Shown: positions 15,225 through 30,216 of the stretch, in pieces | How positions within the stretch are numbered: position 1 is the stretch's first letter | How the letters are laid out: every line of letters begins with the position of its first letter | Assembly (NCBI RefSeq): GCF_009914755.1 | Contig: NC_060926.1 | Origin: the human T2T-CHM13v2.0 reference genome, Homo sapiens | Strand: one strand, 5' to 3' | Length of the DNA stretch: 64,000 nucleotides | The notes under the pieces: model-generated | What the model was told of the DNA's origin: nothing | What the model saw: only the letters and a program-made list of their open reading frames with translations | The model's database searches: none | Translations under genes and position numbers: made by a program

Positions 15225-16010
15225 CTCACTTATCTAATCACCCACTCATCCATGTGCCAGGCACTGTGCTAGACCGAGAGACTACGTAACACTACAACAT
15301 AAGGTGTCTTCTCATGAAAATATTAATCTATTAGATGTACCAAATAAGTAAGCAAATAATTTCAATTTGGTTTGGCAACTACTGTAATAAAGAATTGTAC
15401 AGCAGATGAATGTTTAACTCCAAATGGCTGTATTGAGAGTCAAAAAAAGATTTTCCTAAGAAGGTAATGGTAAGCTATGTTGAATTCCTTAGACAGAAAA
15501 CAGTCAGTGCAGTATTGCAGAGGAGAAAAACAGGACATGTTTTGGAGATTTATAGTTCAAGTTGATAAAAATAAAAAGGGTAAATGGATGCATAATAGAC
15601 TAAAGACTAAAAATGTAAATACAAGACAGAGCAGGAAGTATTGTATATGTGAGTCAACAGATTTTAGAATTTATTTTGTTGGTTGTGCAGTTATTGAAAT
15701 TAAAAGAATGGATTTTATTCTATAAATATCGCTCTGAAAATAGTGTGGAAAGTGGGCTAAAGTTAAGGGAGGAATAGTGGCAGGCATAATAGAAAGCCAT
15801 TTTCTGAGTCAATCTAAGGTGAAAGCCTAATTTAGCCAATGAAAATTGACAGGAAGTAAACATAAAAAATTAATTATTTAGGAAGTAGAAAAAATAGGAT
15901 TTATTTAAAAAATTGAGTGTGGACTATAAGTAAAAGAGTTCTCCAGGGGAAAAAAAACACAAAAAAACCATGGCTTGGGTGATGGATTGAAGAGTGATGA
16001 TAATAAGATA
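15225..16010 (-). mobile_element. L2 fragment
   Basis: ATGTGCCAGGCACTGTGCTAG start followed by a degenerate purine-rich L2 body. Confidence 0.6.
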
Positions 16011-16252
16011 AAATGACTGATTAGAAATTTTAACATTCTAATTAGCAGTACAAATGCAATGCTTCTTCTACCCATAGAGGAGGTCAGTTTTCTTGTTAAT
16101 TTGCTAGAAGATACAAGTCACACTGATGAAAACGTGGACCTAAGGAACCAATACATGAATATTGTGATGCAGTATTTGCACTCTGCTCAGGCATTTAAAG
16201 TTGACTACAGAGGAAGCTGATATATAGGGAGCATTCATCACAACCACAAATA

Positions 16253-16389
16253 GGCTGGCCCAAAGGTAATGAGTTAACTCAACTGACTCTTCACACTTAG
16301 TTACAAATCAAACTCCTTGTTCTACTCCTTCCTTCTTTTTAATTATTGCACTTGACTGATTAGTCTTAAAAGTAATAATAAATAAATAA
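16253..16389 (+). pseudogene. Y1 RNA (RNY1-like) processed pseudogene with A-rich tail
   Basis: GGCTGGCCCAAAGGTAATGAGTTAACTCAACTGACTCTTCACACTTAGTTACAAATCAAACTCCTTGTTCTACTC...TGCACTTGACTGATTAGTCTT aligns end to end with human Y1 RNA as recalled; followed by AAAAGTAATAATAAATAAATAA. Confidence 0.9.
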
Positions 16390-17657
16390 CAGTTCTGATT
16401 GTGAGTCAAGAAGTGAGACAATTAATCACTAAATAATACTCATTTATGTAAATTAGGACAAAAATACCCTTTACCCTCAGACGAAAGGTTCCTCTCCAAA
16501 AATCTTGACTAATTATAGCAATTTAGTATTTAAATTTTTTTTGTGGGTTCAAACTTTGCAGGACAGATATTAATGGGTCTGAAAATAAGAAGTACATAAT
16601 GTTGAAGTCAGGGCCTGAATTTGGAAATCAAGAGAAAATGCAGTCCTATATTTACGCATTTATTATAATTTATGTGTTATGTATTAATATACAATTTGAA
16701 AATATTTTTTAAAGTTCATATTCTTGAGATTTTTGTCCTAAAGCATCGATGTTTGAATAAAATGGATGCCCAGACTAACTTTGCCCATTCTTAAAAAAGA
16801 TCTTTAAAACTTCATTTGTATATTAATTTTTAAAAAAGGGAAATGAAGGACTGTCAATTAACTCTCATTAGTTCAGACCTAAAAAAGGACATTTATAGAA
16901 AGAAAAAAAATTAAAAACAATGTTCTTAGGTCAGATAAAAAGATCAAGGATAAATTTGTTCAACACATGCCTTCTTTTCATATAAAATATTTTATATCTC
17001 TCAAAATCACTTAGCCAGTGACTCTAATCAAATATATTCTCAAAACATTATTTAATGTACTTCCCCAAATGTTTTCCTAACACATATGTGAGAAATTTTA
17101 TTTTGCCTACTAGCAACATGAAACTATTCCTATCCCAGCAGATGATAAATAATTAAATAGAAGCCAAAGAGGGGAAAGTCAAACATTGATTTCTGAGTGC
17201 CCATATGTGTTTTCTACCATGTCCTGAGACAGTGAAGCTATATAGTAACATGTTCCAAACCCATGTCTGTTTCCTTGGATCTTCTTCAAGGCTCTGTTGC
17301 CAAAGAGCAGTGGAGTGGATCGTGACCTTCTGTACCAATAATTTTGTCTTGAGGGAATTTAAATTGATTTTCCACATCTTTAAATTCAAAAATCCAAAGA
17401 ATTTCCCTACAGCAACCTCTGACAGTGGCATGGTGGCGCTGATATCATGGAATGTAAAAGGAGAAATTCTTAGAGCAACTAAAATGATAATATGAAGGAT
17501 GGAAAAGGATGAGAAAAACTGCTTTGAAACTATGCAAAGGAGGCAATCTATGGTCTACTCTTTATGCAAAAGGATGACTGAAAAATTAAACTAGGTTCAA
17601 TTTGCATCAAAGGTATTTTCAGATTGTCACAAACTGCCTTGATAATTCACACACTCA

Positions 17658-18456
<799 letters not shown>

Positions 18457-18661
18457 GTCCTAAAATTTTACATACTTTAAATTCAAAAATATGTGATACT
18501 CATAAAGTTTACTATAATCAAACATACACAGAAATAAATTTTGCTACAATAACAAAATGTTGTCTCATTTAACTTAATTGAAACTATAAAACATTGTGGT
18601 GACAGCCATCTTTGAGAAAAAGAAAATTTTCAATTTTTCTGGCAACAAGTATTCTACTGGG

Positions 18662-19121
18662 TGAAAGTTGACATGTAAATTGGGTTATTCTTGCTGTATA
18701 CAACTAAAACACTACTGAGAAGTGAAGGGGAAAAAGCACTCAGGGCACATATCATGCTGGAGGAATGTAATTCTCTGCAAGCCTGGATGCTGGAACTGCC
18801 TGTTTTAACCTGAAACCAGTTTTATTGAATAGCTACTGAAACAATCTGCTGCAGCTCTAAAACTAGTTTTACTCACTTCTGTCACTCACCAATCAGTTTG
18901 TGAGCTCCCCAAAACTTTAAGGTGCCAATAAGCTTTCTTGCAAAACAACATGCAACATTTCTGCTTTTTAGAAAACTTCCAACCTTCTCTTTGTTTTTCG
19001 GCCATACAGAAGATCATCTAGTCTGTGGGTATGCCCCAAACTGCAATTATTACTTCCCAAATAAAACATTTTAAGTAGGGAGATGTATCTTTGCAAGATG
19101 TATTTGATTTGACTTTTAACA
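18662..19121 (+). mobile_element. Solo LTR (LTR47-like; subfamily uncertain)
   Basis: TGAAAGTTG...TTAACA termini, CCAATCAG box, AATAAA near the 3' end; about 460 bp. Confidence 0.7.
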
Positions 19122-19189
19122 ACTAAGAACTTCGAAGATTTATTTTAAACAACACTGATCAAAGTAACAACAACATTAACAACAATAAC

Positions 19190-19350
19190 ACAATACCACT
19201 TTATATTTATGCTGGGTGTGTAGTTTTGCTTTTCAAAGAGCTTTTATTCATAGTCTTAATTGATCATTATGATAACCTATAAGGCATATATGGCAAAGAA
19301 TTTTACTACCTCCATCTTATAAATAAGTACACTGAGAATTAAAATAAAAA
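19190..19350 (-). mobile_element. MIR
   Basis: CTCCATCTTATAAATAAGTACACTGAG antisense core. Confidence 0.55.
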
Positions 19351-19679
19351 GACAATGCAATAGCACACAGCTTTGATGGCTATAATCACTTTGCTGTTCT
19401 GCAAATAGGAGAAAAACTCAGGCCTACTTAAGGGTTCTAGAAGGATTATGTTAATCAAAACTATCTTTTTATGTTTTGGGATTCTATGCAGTGTTTTTTC
19501 TCTGCATGTTCCAGGTTCTCTAAACAAATGTTAGGAATTTGGTTAAGTGGGATTTATTCACAAATTGGGTCTTACTATTCTCCTGTATCTAAGTGAATTA
19601 AATAGTTTAGAAAGAGAAGAGAATATGTGGCAATCAATGGTTAAAGTAAAGAATTTGTGTTTCATGGACTGTAAAAGGG

Positions 19680-19867
19680 TAGAGGGGGGCATGTCAAGGA
19701 GAACCAACGTAAACATGAATGTTATGTGGCCTGCTGTGGCATGAGGGATAAAATCCTTTGTGTCTAATCCAGGAATCGTGTGTCTTCTACCGGAATCCAT
19801 GAATCTGAGGCTAACATGCTAGCTTGCAATCAGGGTAAAATCTTAGATTCTTCATTGTTCTTGACAT
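19680..19867 (+). mobile_element. ERVL LTR 3' part (LTR40/41-like)
   Basis: GCTAGCTTGCAATCAGGGTAAAATCTTAGATTCTTCATTGTTCTTGACA end; homologous to 48400-48500 on the other strand. Confidence 0.7.
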
Positions 19868-22800
19868 AAGAATTTTTCTTTTTATTCTTAGCTCTGATTT
19901 CCAAATTCTCCCAAGGCGTAAGGCATCATTAATTGTAATAATTCTAGCCCTGCCCAAGCCTTCCAGATGTAATCAGTAGTTATATCACAAAGAAACCACA
20001 TTATCAATGCAGACTATCAGTTTTCTTTAGGTTCATGATAATAGGCTAGCTAGCAATATCCATTATAAAGAAAACATTTAATGTGCCAAGTCGTAATCCA
20101 GATAAGACAGCAGCTTAGAAGTTCAAAATGCATGGTCTTTTCCCCGGCATTAAACAAGGTCTCTACAAAGCATTTGTTTTATAATTAATTTTTACAAATT
20201 ATGGTGTCTCCACTTGAGGAGCTTCTTGAATGTAGAAAGAATAATTTCACATACAGAAAGGAACAATACCTAGAACAGAATAGGGTGTAGAGTTTATGCT
20301 CAAAATTATTTGTTGACTGGTTACTGGAATTAACAGAGATTGGCATTATTGCAGTGAGAGATTCTATTTGTGGGGGCTGTATAAATCCTTCAGGAAAACC
20401 ACATCCTTTCAACTGGCTAAGCAGCTAATTCTCTTCTTTGATCACCCAAGGACATGGATAAAGTTGCAAAAGACAAAAAGATAAAAGACAAAGACAAAAA
20501 AATAAAAGATAAAGACAAAGGGATATGTAGACAGAACGAAGAGAGTCAAAGTTCCACCTACACTCAAAAGAGTGAATATATAAAGACCTATATATATTAT
20601 TCTGTTCCAGTGCATAATGTGACTGAATCTACATAGCACTTGGGTGTTTGAGCACAGCCAAAAATTGCTTTTAGTATATTAACAAGTGATGGAATTGGAC
20701 ACTTTACTTCAGAGTTGTGCTTTGAACTATGTATTTGAAAACTGATACAAAACCTGTAATTCTACTGCCAGAACCATTTCTAGCAAAAATTCTACAGTAT
20801 GATCTCACCAATAAAAAATTGACAAAGTAATAAATAATCCTATAATTTAACCAGGATCAAAAGTAAAATAACATGAATCATGGTATGCTTGTCATGGAAC
20901 TATTAATTTTTACACATACTGTGGTACCTGCTGTGAGAACAATGAAATCAGAAGGCCTATGCATGAATCTCCAAGGCACTACAAAAGAAAATATGCATTC
21001 CAGAATTATTTTTCTTTGGCAAAAACTGGCTGGAGTTAATGTCCAGGTCATAATGTTGGGAAGTAGGAAATGCTGCTAATAAACTTTTTTTTTTTAAATT
21101 TATTTTAGTTTGAATTATCTCAGATTGGGAACTCAGCTCAGCTTCTGGACTCAAGACATATTCCTGACCTCAGTTTAATAACCTGTGGTGTGCATGAAGA
21201 AGTTCTGATGTTTCTGACTTTGCTTTTTCTCTTTTCAAACCCAGTGTGGTGATCTATTCTAAATTAATTTTTCCCTCAATTGATGCTTTGCTGTCAACTG
21301 CATCAGAATTATAACTTAGTCATAATAGCATTTGTCCTGGAACAAAAAAAATAAAATAAAATGTCTTTCTATTATTTCTGCTTATCTAATATTGAGAAAT
21401 ATTTGTTTGTTTATTTCTTCATTTTGGGCATCCAGATTCTCTTATTGCCTCTTTATTTGAGCAGGGAGAGAGAAAAGAACCAAAAAGAAAACATGAAGTT
21501 GTGGTTTGCTGGATCTCTTTATATAAGCTCGCCTATACCGGAAGACTGTGTGAAAAATGCTGCGATAGGTTTTGATTTTTCTCCTTTAGATCATAGCAGG
21601 ATGACCTTTCATTACATAAAGTGGTCTTCTGAGCAGCCAACCTAAGTGGTACATAATCTTCTGTGAGTTCCTATGCACAGAGGGCCATAAATATTCATCT
21701 GGATGGGCTTCTAAACTTTTTACTGCCTTAAACTTTTTACTACACATTAGATTGCATATATCCTAGAACATAAGGCTTGTCACAGCCAAGCAGATAAATG
21801 GTTCACCATAGTGAAGTCCTGTTTCTTGACAGAGGAATATATCTGGGGCTCCAGAAGGTGATAAAGATCACAGAGTACCATTGACACATAATTGTGCAAT
21901 GCTGTCCCTTGGAAAACCAATGTTTTTGCAATGTTCAAGTTGCTCTCCTGGGAGTAAGGCACATTGAAAAATTCTGTCCTATTTTTAGGCCACTAAAGAA
22001 GAATTAAAAGAATTACTGTTTCTTTAGACAAAATAATCTTGCTGGAGTTTTTGAAGTTGTTGTTAATAGTGACTCACTGTCTTTGGAATCTAACTTACTT
22101 TTTGGGATTGTTCATGTCTTCATTTATTAATATTCTATATTGTGTTTTTTTCCCACAAACATGTTGAGAGAAATATAAAGTTTGCTTGGTAATTGATCAC
22201 CTAGCTTTACACATGCTTCTCAGGGGTAGTAAGTTCCAAGTTACTATGCTACAACTGACATCATTTCTAGTTGTGAGAGGATTTGACCATGACGGACAAG
22301 ATTCAAAAAGACAAAGAGTCCAGCCTACTCTCATTCTTGATTCCTTCCAAGCATGGCATTAGAATTCATCCTTAATCAATCATGTAGCATGTCAATATTT
22401 TTCTGCTGGGTACATGCCTTTGCTGGCATAGCCTTATGTTGCAAGTTCATTGAGAAACAGTCATTGGTGTTTAGTCCAGCTTGAACATTTGCCAGTGGAT
22501 TTTTGTTCATTTGATGTCAATTTAACAAGGATGGCTGAAACCAGGAAGATCATGTCACAATGGCTGCAACTTTGTTTTGCTTGTTTGACTCAGATTGCAC
22601 AGTTAATCCAGCTAATTCCAGTTCACATGACTATAATCTAGACTGAACTAAATCAGACATCCAGAAGAATCAACAGTAATGAGAGGTTAGTGGCATACTG
22701 ATATTTCCTATGCACTACTCTACTCAGCAACCATGAATTCCATTTGTAGTTGTCTGCAGTTTATTTTTTTCATCTGCAAACTAAGGCTAACATATCTTTG

Positions 22801-23612
22801 AAAAACCTTTACAATTAAATAAAAAGGAACTGAAATAATTTCTATAAACATACTTTGTGTTCTTTCTTTGCATGAAATGAGTTACTATATTATTCCCCTT
22901 AATATTTCCTAATATATTTGAAAGGAAGCTAGGCAAGTTGCAGGCTATATTAGAAGATATAGCAGAATTTTTAACAGCCAAATGCAACTACAAATTCTCA
23001 AATAAGCACTTATTTGTGTTGATTTAACATTGTCTAGTGCAATGAGTATAGACAAAATCCTCTTTCTTTTCCCTTTTATTGCATTGGGGTTACCTCATGC
23101 ATGAATTATAGATATTAGAAAGAGACCAACAGTCTCAGAAAAAAATTTCTCTACTTTCACCAGGTGTAAAATCACATGTGTACCACCATGATAACAGATT
23201 TTCTAACATCAGCTTGGTAAACAACATTGTATATAGTATTTCCTTACAAGCCAAAGTCATTTAAATTTTATTTACACAGAGATATGCAGTGATAGCCTGG
23301 GTTATTTAGAAATAAATACTCTTCTCTTTCTGTTGTTTTTTTCCATAGTTAAGCATCAATCTGAATCATTTCACGTGCTACTGAAGCGTGTGCTTAGCTA
23401 GAGTTCCTATTAAGATATTTGTATCTGTGGCTTCCAAGAAACTACTGAACATGTTTTGTTGTTTTTGGTTTGGCAATTAGGGCAAAGAAGAAACTACATA
23501 AGGCAGAGTAAGGATGAAAGGTTGGAGATACAAAAAAGGAGGGAATGGTAGTCACTGCTGAGGAAAACCAATACTGAAAACCCATTCGTGCATCTGGAGA
23601 AGGTGACAGGAC

Positions 23613-23928
23613 TATTTACTTATGTATTTATTTATTTTTGAGATGGGGTCTTGCTCTGTCACCTAGGCTGGAGAGCAGTGGCACATACAATCACATTTCA
23701 CTGCAGCCTCAACCTCCTAGGCTCAAGAGAGCCCCTGACTCATCCTCCTGAGTACTTGGGTCTACAAGCGTGCACCACCATGCCTGGCTCATTTTTTATT
23801 TTCTTTTTTCAAGACACAAGATCTCACTATGTTCCCCAAGCTGGTCTTGAACGCCTGGATTCAAGCAATCTTCCCACTTCAGGCTCTCAAAGTGTTGGGA
23901 TTACAGCTGTGAGCCACCACACTTGGCC
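23613..23928 (-). mobile_element. AluJ
   Basis: Diverged dimer, (TTTA)n tail, degenerate TSD GACAGG..ATTT. Confidence 0.92.
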
Positions 23929-25036
23929 AGACAGGGCCATTTCTAATAGAGTACAGTACCCAAGCAAATATCTCTGTGTGTCCTCTCCCACCATGATATT
24001 TAAACACAGGTGAGCTTTGTTAAAATAAACATAAAGGACAAGCTTGATCAAAAGGTACGATGTAACTATGAGGTGTAATAGTCAGTAAAGTATAAAAGTG
24101 AGCAATTAAGACAATTTTTCAGTCTCAGGTTCTTAAGTGGATGTGAGGAGAAGCATCTGCCATTGACTTGGTGATACCCAGAATATGGTATAGGAGGGCT
24201 TTAGATGTGTCTATTACAAGTACAGGTGGAGATGCCACAGGCTTCTCTCCTCAGGGACTACAGACTAGGTTAAGGGTCAGTGTATACCCCAGTGAGCCTT
24301 TCTTCCTACATTCCACTTGCACTGTGGGCAAAAGGAGCAAGCTTTAAACTCGCAGAGGACTGATTCGTAACTCATCTTTCATTTTCTTTTGAGCCACAGA
24401 ATGTACATGGAAATAGGAAATTGATATATATAACAATTCATTTAAGTCATGATAAAGGCTTTGTAGGATTTTACTTCCTAAGTTTTTTTAGTGATAATTC
24501 TTTTTGTTTTTACTTCTGCTTATCCCAGCTCACTTTCATATTGATAGTGTTTTTCCTCTCATCTTTTCCCTGTAGTCTACAATGTTGATTTTTTCATTTA
24601 TTTATCAATCTGTCAATATCTTTCCTATATCTATATCAATATAGATATGTTCACCTAAAAGCAACCCATACATTTTTAATGGAGCATAAGAATGAAAGAA
24701 ATAGGAAATATAATTTGAAGGCCAATGATCCACTAATTATGATCCACATAACCGAAATTAAAAAACCAAGTAGAAAATTTTAACCTCAAAATACTATTCA
24801 AATGTTAGTACATGATGAATGCAAGTCCCCTCCCCCTGTAACTTCCTACAATGATAAAGAACAAACATAAAAACTTATCAGATCTCTGAGAGTTTGGCCT
24901 CTTGATCATTGTGTTGACATTATCATAAGGGAATTTTCACTTTTTGCAAGGCCAATAAAACTAGATTTAAAAATTCATTCATAAGTCCTTCTAAGTTATG
25001 CCACTGGAAATTGAATAAGCCTGTAAGCTGTCCATC

Positions 25037-25310
25037 TTTTTTTTTGTTTTTATACTTTAAGTTCTAGGGTACATGTGCACAACGTGCAGGTTTGTTACAT
25101 ATGTATACAAGTGCCATGTTGCTGTGCTGCACCCGTTAACTTGTTATTTACATTAGGTATATCTCCTAATGCTATCCCTCCTCCGTCCCCCACCTCACAA
25201 CAGGCGCCAGTGTGTGATGTTCCCCACCCTGTGTCCAAGTGTTCTCATTGTTCAATTCCCACCTATGAGTGAGAACACGTGGTGCTTGGTTTTCTGTCCT
25301 TGCGATAGTT
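25037..25310 (-). mobile_element. 5'-truncated L1PA (PA4-6-like) 3'UTR
   Basis: TATACTTTAAGTTCTAGGGTACATGTGCAC...; TSD CTGTCCATCTTT at 25028-25039 and 25316-25327. Confidence 0.95.
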
Positions 25311-26129
25311 AAAGCCTGTCCATCTTTAGGTAAGCAGGGAGATCCTTTGCTCCTGCGGCACAGACTATAAGGTCTGTAACTACCAAAATAAAAGCACTTT
25401 TTGTGCTACCTCCCATCTTTAAGAGGAAGTTTATGGGTAGAGCAAAGGCATGATGAGACCAGGCAGAAGTCCCTGAAAGCTACTCTGTGTGTGCGTGTGC
25501 GTGCGCACGCATATGCATGTGCATGTACTTTTCATCTTTTCAAAATGTCAGAGTCATTCAATTGGGCTAGCAGGAATTTCATTTTATGCCAGGAAAACAA
25601 CTTTAAAAGACTCCTTGGTAGAAACTGAAAAATTAAACTAGCAAATGTACACATAAAGCATATCTTTTCTCCCAGTAACTAAGATAAGATTCAGCCTAGC
25701 AGCCAACTTGGCAGACTTTAAGTTGTTCAAAGTCATGCTTAATCCCTGCCTGTTGGCAAACTGTGGATCTTGATAGGTTTCTTTCATTTCTGATGATAAA
25801 CAATAAAATAAGAATTAAAAAATAATACCACAGAATAAAGAAACGGAAACAATCACCTGGTGACTCAGAGAAAGTTTACCTCTGAGAACTATCTTCCACA
25901 GAAATCAACTTACTGGCAATTTACAAATTTCCATTACTAAAGAAAAAAAAACCTTACTAGAAAGGTAAAATTCATATTTGTGTTCTGAAGTATGTAATTA
26001 CAGAATAGAATAGGTACAAATTTGTAGAATTTTAAAGGGAGATTTTGTTCAGCCAAGAATTAATATGCAGAAGAAATGCTGTTTACATAAAAAAGCACAG
26101 GAGGCATATTTGGAGCTCAGCAATATATA

Positions 26130-26392
26130 CAGTCATCCCTCGATATCCAGGGGGGATTGATTCCAGGATCCCTTATAAATGCCAAAATCCATGGATACTC
26201 ACATCCTTTATATAAAATAGTGCAGTATTTGCATATAACCTACACATATCCTTTCATATACTTTAAATCATTTCTAGATGACTTATAATACCTAATACAA
26301 GGCAAATACTATGTAAATAGTTTCCATACTATATTGCTTAGGAAATAATTACAAGAAAGAAAGTGTAAGTGTTCAGTACAGAGGGTCCACTG
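26130..26392 (+). mobile_element. MER2 (TcMar-Tigger), internally deleted
   Basis: TA|CAGTCATCCCTCGATATCC...GAGGGTCCACTG|TA. Confidence 0.85.
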
Positions 26393-27014
26393 TATTCTAC
26401 ATAGTCTTCTTGAAGAAGTTATTTCAAGATATATTCCATCTATCCTACACACCAGTGAAATGAATAAATGAACAATGGAGTGCTAAAAGTTTAAGTACTA
26501 AGCAATACAAGTAGTGAAACAGTGATCTAGGCCTAAAAATATTGTAAAATTAACAAACTAAATATAAATGTCAAACATATTTTTATTAAAAAAGGACTTA
26601 TTTTTGGTAATTCAAAGTCATATTCTTGGTCAGATATGCTAATTTTATAATAAGTGAAATTGAAGAAGATGAGAAAAGTAGTAGAAAAGAAACCAAAGTT
26701 CTCATGTCCGGTAGTTGGAACTTAAAATAATAATAAAATAATTTAAAACTGAGGGTATTATTCCAAATACCTAAAGAAGATGTAACAATGTCCAATTGTT
26801 ATGTCTAATAGACATAAACTACATGGTAAAACACATAAAAGGTCATAAATGGTAACAGAAACAGACAATTACCTATAACAATGCATCATAAATAATCCCA
26901 AATATCAACTAAAAAGAAAATAAATGGTTTGAAAGGCAGTCATTAAAAATTATGTTTACAAAGATATTTGGTTACATGATAAGATGCTTATGCTCATATT
27001 AAGTAAAAATGACA

Positions 27015-27600
27015 GAATTTGGGGTCTAAATTCCAAATGTTCTACTTACTAATTATGTGAACTTGCAAAGTAATTAGCTTAAAAGTCTAAATTGTAAATT
27101 GTAAAATGAGATGGTGATACGGTTTGGCTGTGTCCCCACCCAAATCTTGAATTGTAACTCCCACAATTCCCACATGTCATAGGAGGAATCCAGTGGGAGG
27201 TAACTGAATTATGGGGACAAGTCTTTCTCATGTTGTTCTCATGATAATGAATAAGACTCATGAGATCTGATTATTTTAAAAACAGGGATTTCCCTGCACA
27301 AGCTCTCTTCTCTTGCCTGCCACCATCCATGTAAGATGTGACTTGCTCCTCCCTGCCTTCCATCATGCTTGTGAGGCCTCCTGAACTATGTAAGCCCATT
27401 AAACCTCTTTCTTTTGTAAATTGCCAGTCTTGGGTATGTCTTTATCAGCAGTGTAAAAATGGACTAATGCAGATAGTAATAGTACCTTCCTTACACAGTT
27501 TTTGTAAAGACTAATACAAATCACAAACTGTATTACAAAATGCCACATCCATACCAGTGTAAGCATTCACTCAATCTTACCTACAATTATTATCACTGGT
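27015..27600 (+). mobile_element. MIR split by THE1
   Basis: TGTAAAATGAGATGG then, after the LTR, TAATAGTACCTTCCTTACA reconstitute the MIR core. Confidence 0.7.
27115..27471 (+). mobile_element. THE1 solo LTR
   Basis: TGATACGGTTTGGCTGTGTCCCCACCCAAATCT...GGACTAATGCA; near-TSD GATGG/GATAG. Confidence 0.93.
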
Positions 27601-27887
27601 AGTAAAAATAAATGCCAATGATATATCATTATAAGAAACTCTATTAAGATTTCTTAGCGGTTTATTTCTGAATAGTGGCATTGTAAGTGGATTTTTTCTG
27701 TTTAAGGTATTTTCTCATATGTCTTAAATCTTAAATATCTTTTGAAAAATGCATCTTTTCTTCATCAGAAGAGATAAGATGTTATTGATAAATTGAAGTT
27801 CTTTTTATTACACTTATCCCTCCTCTCTCACAAGAGACAATCATTATAAGTGATAAAATAAATACACGAAATGTTTATTCAGCAATT

Positions 27888-28388
27888 TGTGATGGTTAAT
27901 TTTATATGCCAACTTGACTGGTACATGGGGTGCTCAGATGTTTGGTCACACATTATCCTAGGACTATCTGTTAGAGTGCTGTGGATGAGATTAACATTTG
28001 AATTAGTAAAGTGAGTGAAGTAGACTGCCCTCAGTCGTGTAGATGAACTTGCTCCAATCAGTTGGCCAGAGTGGAACAAAAAGGCTGAACCTGTCACAGG
28101 CAAAATAAACGTCAACTGCCTGATTATTTGAACTGTGACATTGGTTTCTTCCTGTCTTTGGACATAAACTGAACCGTCAGCACTTCCTGGGTCTGTCTGA
28201 AGCCTGCTGACATTTGGACCAGATGTACACCATGGACTCTCATGGATTTCCAGCTTGCCACCTGCAGATCTTAAGACTCATCAGTTTTTATAATTTATAA
28301 TTACACAAGGCAATTCCTTATAATAAATCTTCTCTCTATGTATTATATACATCCTATTAGTTCTGTTTTTCTGAAGAACTCTAACACA
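27888..28388 (+). mobile_element. MLT2 solo LTR (ERVL)
   Basis: TGTGATGGTTAATTTTATATGCCAACTTGACTGG...CTAACACA; perfect TSD CAATT. Confidence 0.92.
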
Positions 28389-28981
28389 CAATTCAAGATT
28401 AAACCTTTCTAAAAGTGTTATATAGTTCTCAATACATAGATAGCATTGTTGGTGTTATTGTGCTGAAGGGGCACCACATGGGGTAGAAGGAATCAGTTTC
28501 AAAAGTCATAACAGAATAATAAGATGCAGTAAATTGAGAAATGTCAGCAAAAGTTAATAAAATTGCCTTTAATCCAGATCAATCAATCCAGTTAATTCAC
28601 TATTTGGATAGTCTGTAAATTCTTTACAAGTCTTTTTCCCTCCCTCCTTGCTCTTCACCACTTAATACAGACAACTGAGTCAGGAAGCCATTTAAAGTCA
28701 TTGTAGGCCTATGTTGTGCGTCAACTTACCATCTATCTAATCAACAACAATGCATTTTTAGTTGCCACTGCTTATAGTGAAGTTCTCTTATGCTTCTGTG
28801 GCATATACTTATTTAATTTTTTTACTAAATCACCCATAGCAGTGAACTCCATGAAACACCATCATTGTCAATATTCATCTATATATTCAAAATTAATCAG
28901 TTAATAATTTATAGTCTAAAAAGAATTATATCTAAATAATTATCTGAATTTCTCTTTCCAAGTGTCATTTTAATTCCTTTA

Positions 28982-29197
<216 letters not shown>

Positions 29198-29871
29198 TCA
29201 GAGAACTCTGATTCACGTTCTTTCTAGGAGGTGAACATAGATGTAATTACATACACTTATATATGCTATGTATATTATATATTTAGTAATATAGTGAAGA
29301 TTTCTGTTGAATCATAACTAAATTCAATAATGTTTGAAAATAGGTGGTGCATTGGTAGATAAGGAGAATTTTCTCATTAATTGGAGGAGATAGAGGTCTG
29401 AGTGAAGTTAGGTTCTAGGTGAGAGAAGAGAAAGAACAGAATGGTATCTGTCTTCGATAGTTTTCCAGATTAGGCCTATTGTATTCAAGTCTGAGTTCTT
29501 TGGAAAGTAGACCACTGGCTCTCAGAATGTGGCTTTGGATTCCCAGGGAACAGAAAGCAAGTGAGGGTTGGGAGCAAGGGTAGGGTATTCTTTTCTCTTG
29601 TGCAGTATACACCGGAAAGGCAGTGTATTGAGGACTCCAGGAATCATAGGACATCTGTGAAGACCCAAAAATGAGCAGGCTTGCTGGTATAAGGTGAATG
29701 TACAGTTCACCAGGGCGAAAGTGTTCTCCCAGTGGATCTAAAAAGCAGAGGCACTAACGAGGTATACAACAGACATAAATTAAGCAGGCATGAGAGGAAA
29801 TTTATGAATAACATACATTATTCATGAACGTATGTGAGGCACCCTTGCAGACTCTCAGATAAAATCGAGTA

Positions 29872-30130
29872 ATTATTTTTAAATCGACAAGTAACAATTG
29901 TTCATAGTCATAGTGATGTTTCAGTAAACGTAATGTATAGTAATCAGATCAGGGTAATTGGCATATCCATAATCTCAAACATTTATTATTTCTTTATGTT
30001 GGGAACATTCAATATCCACCTTCCAGATATTTGAAACTATATATCATCGTTAACTATAATCATCCCACAGTGGTATAGAACGTTGGAACTTACTCCTCCT
30101 ATCTAGCTGTAACGTTGTATCCTTTAACAA
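29872..30130 (-). mobile_element. L1MA (MA5/6-like) 3' end
   Basis: GATCAGGGTAATTGGCATATCCAT...GTTGGGAACATTCAATATCC. Confidence 0.8.
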
Positions 30131-30216
30131 TTGTAAAGGTGTCGGTATGAATAAATACAATTTAGATTGCCAATTAGTCTTACAGGTTGGAAAGGAAAGG
30201 AAGAAAGTGTATTTAC

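Noticed and set aside
20454-20636. Lys/Asp-rich ORF (KDKKIKDKDK)
   Set aside because: Low-complexity AAAGAY repeat; no splice or domain support.
22200-22700. Balanced-composition block that might be an ancient repeat or conserved element (also 8690-8960, 29390-29760, 61240-62100)
   Set aside because: Cannot be assigned without a conservation track or Dfam search.
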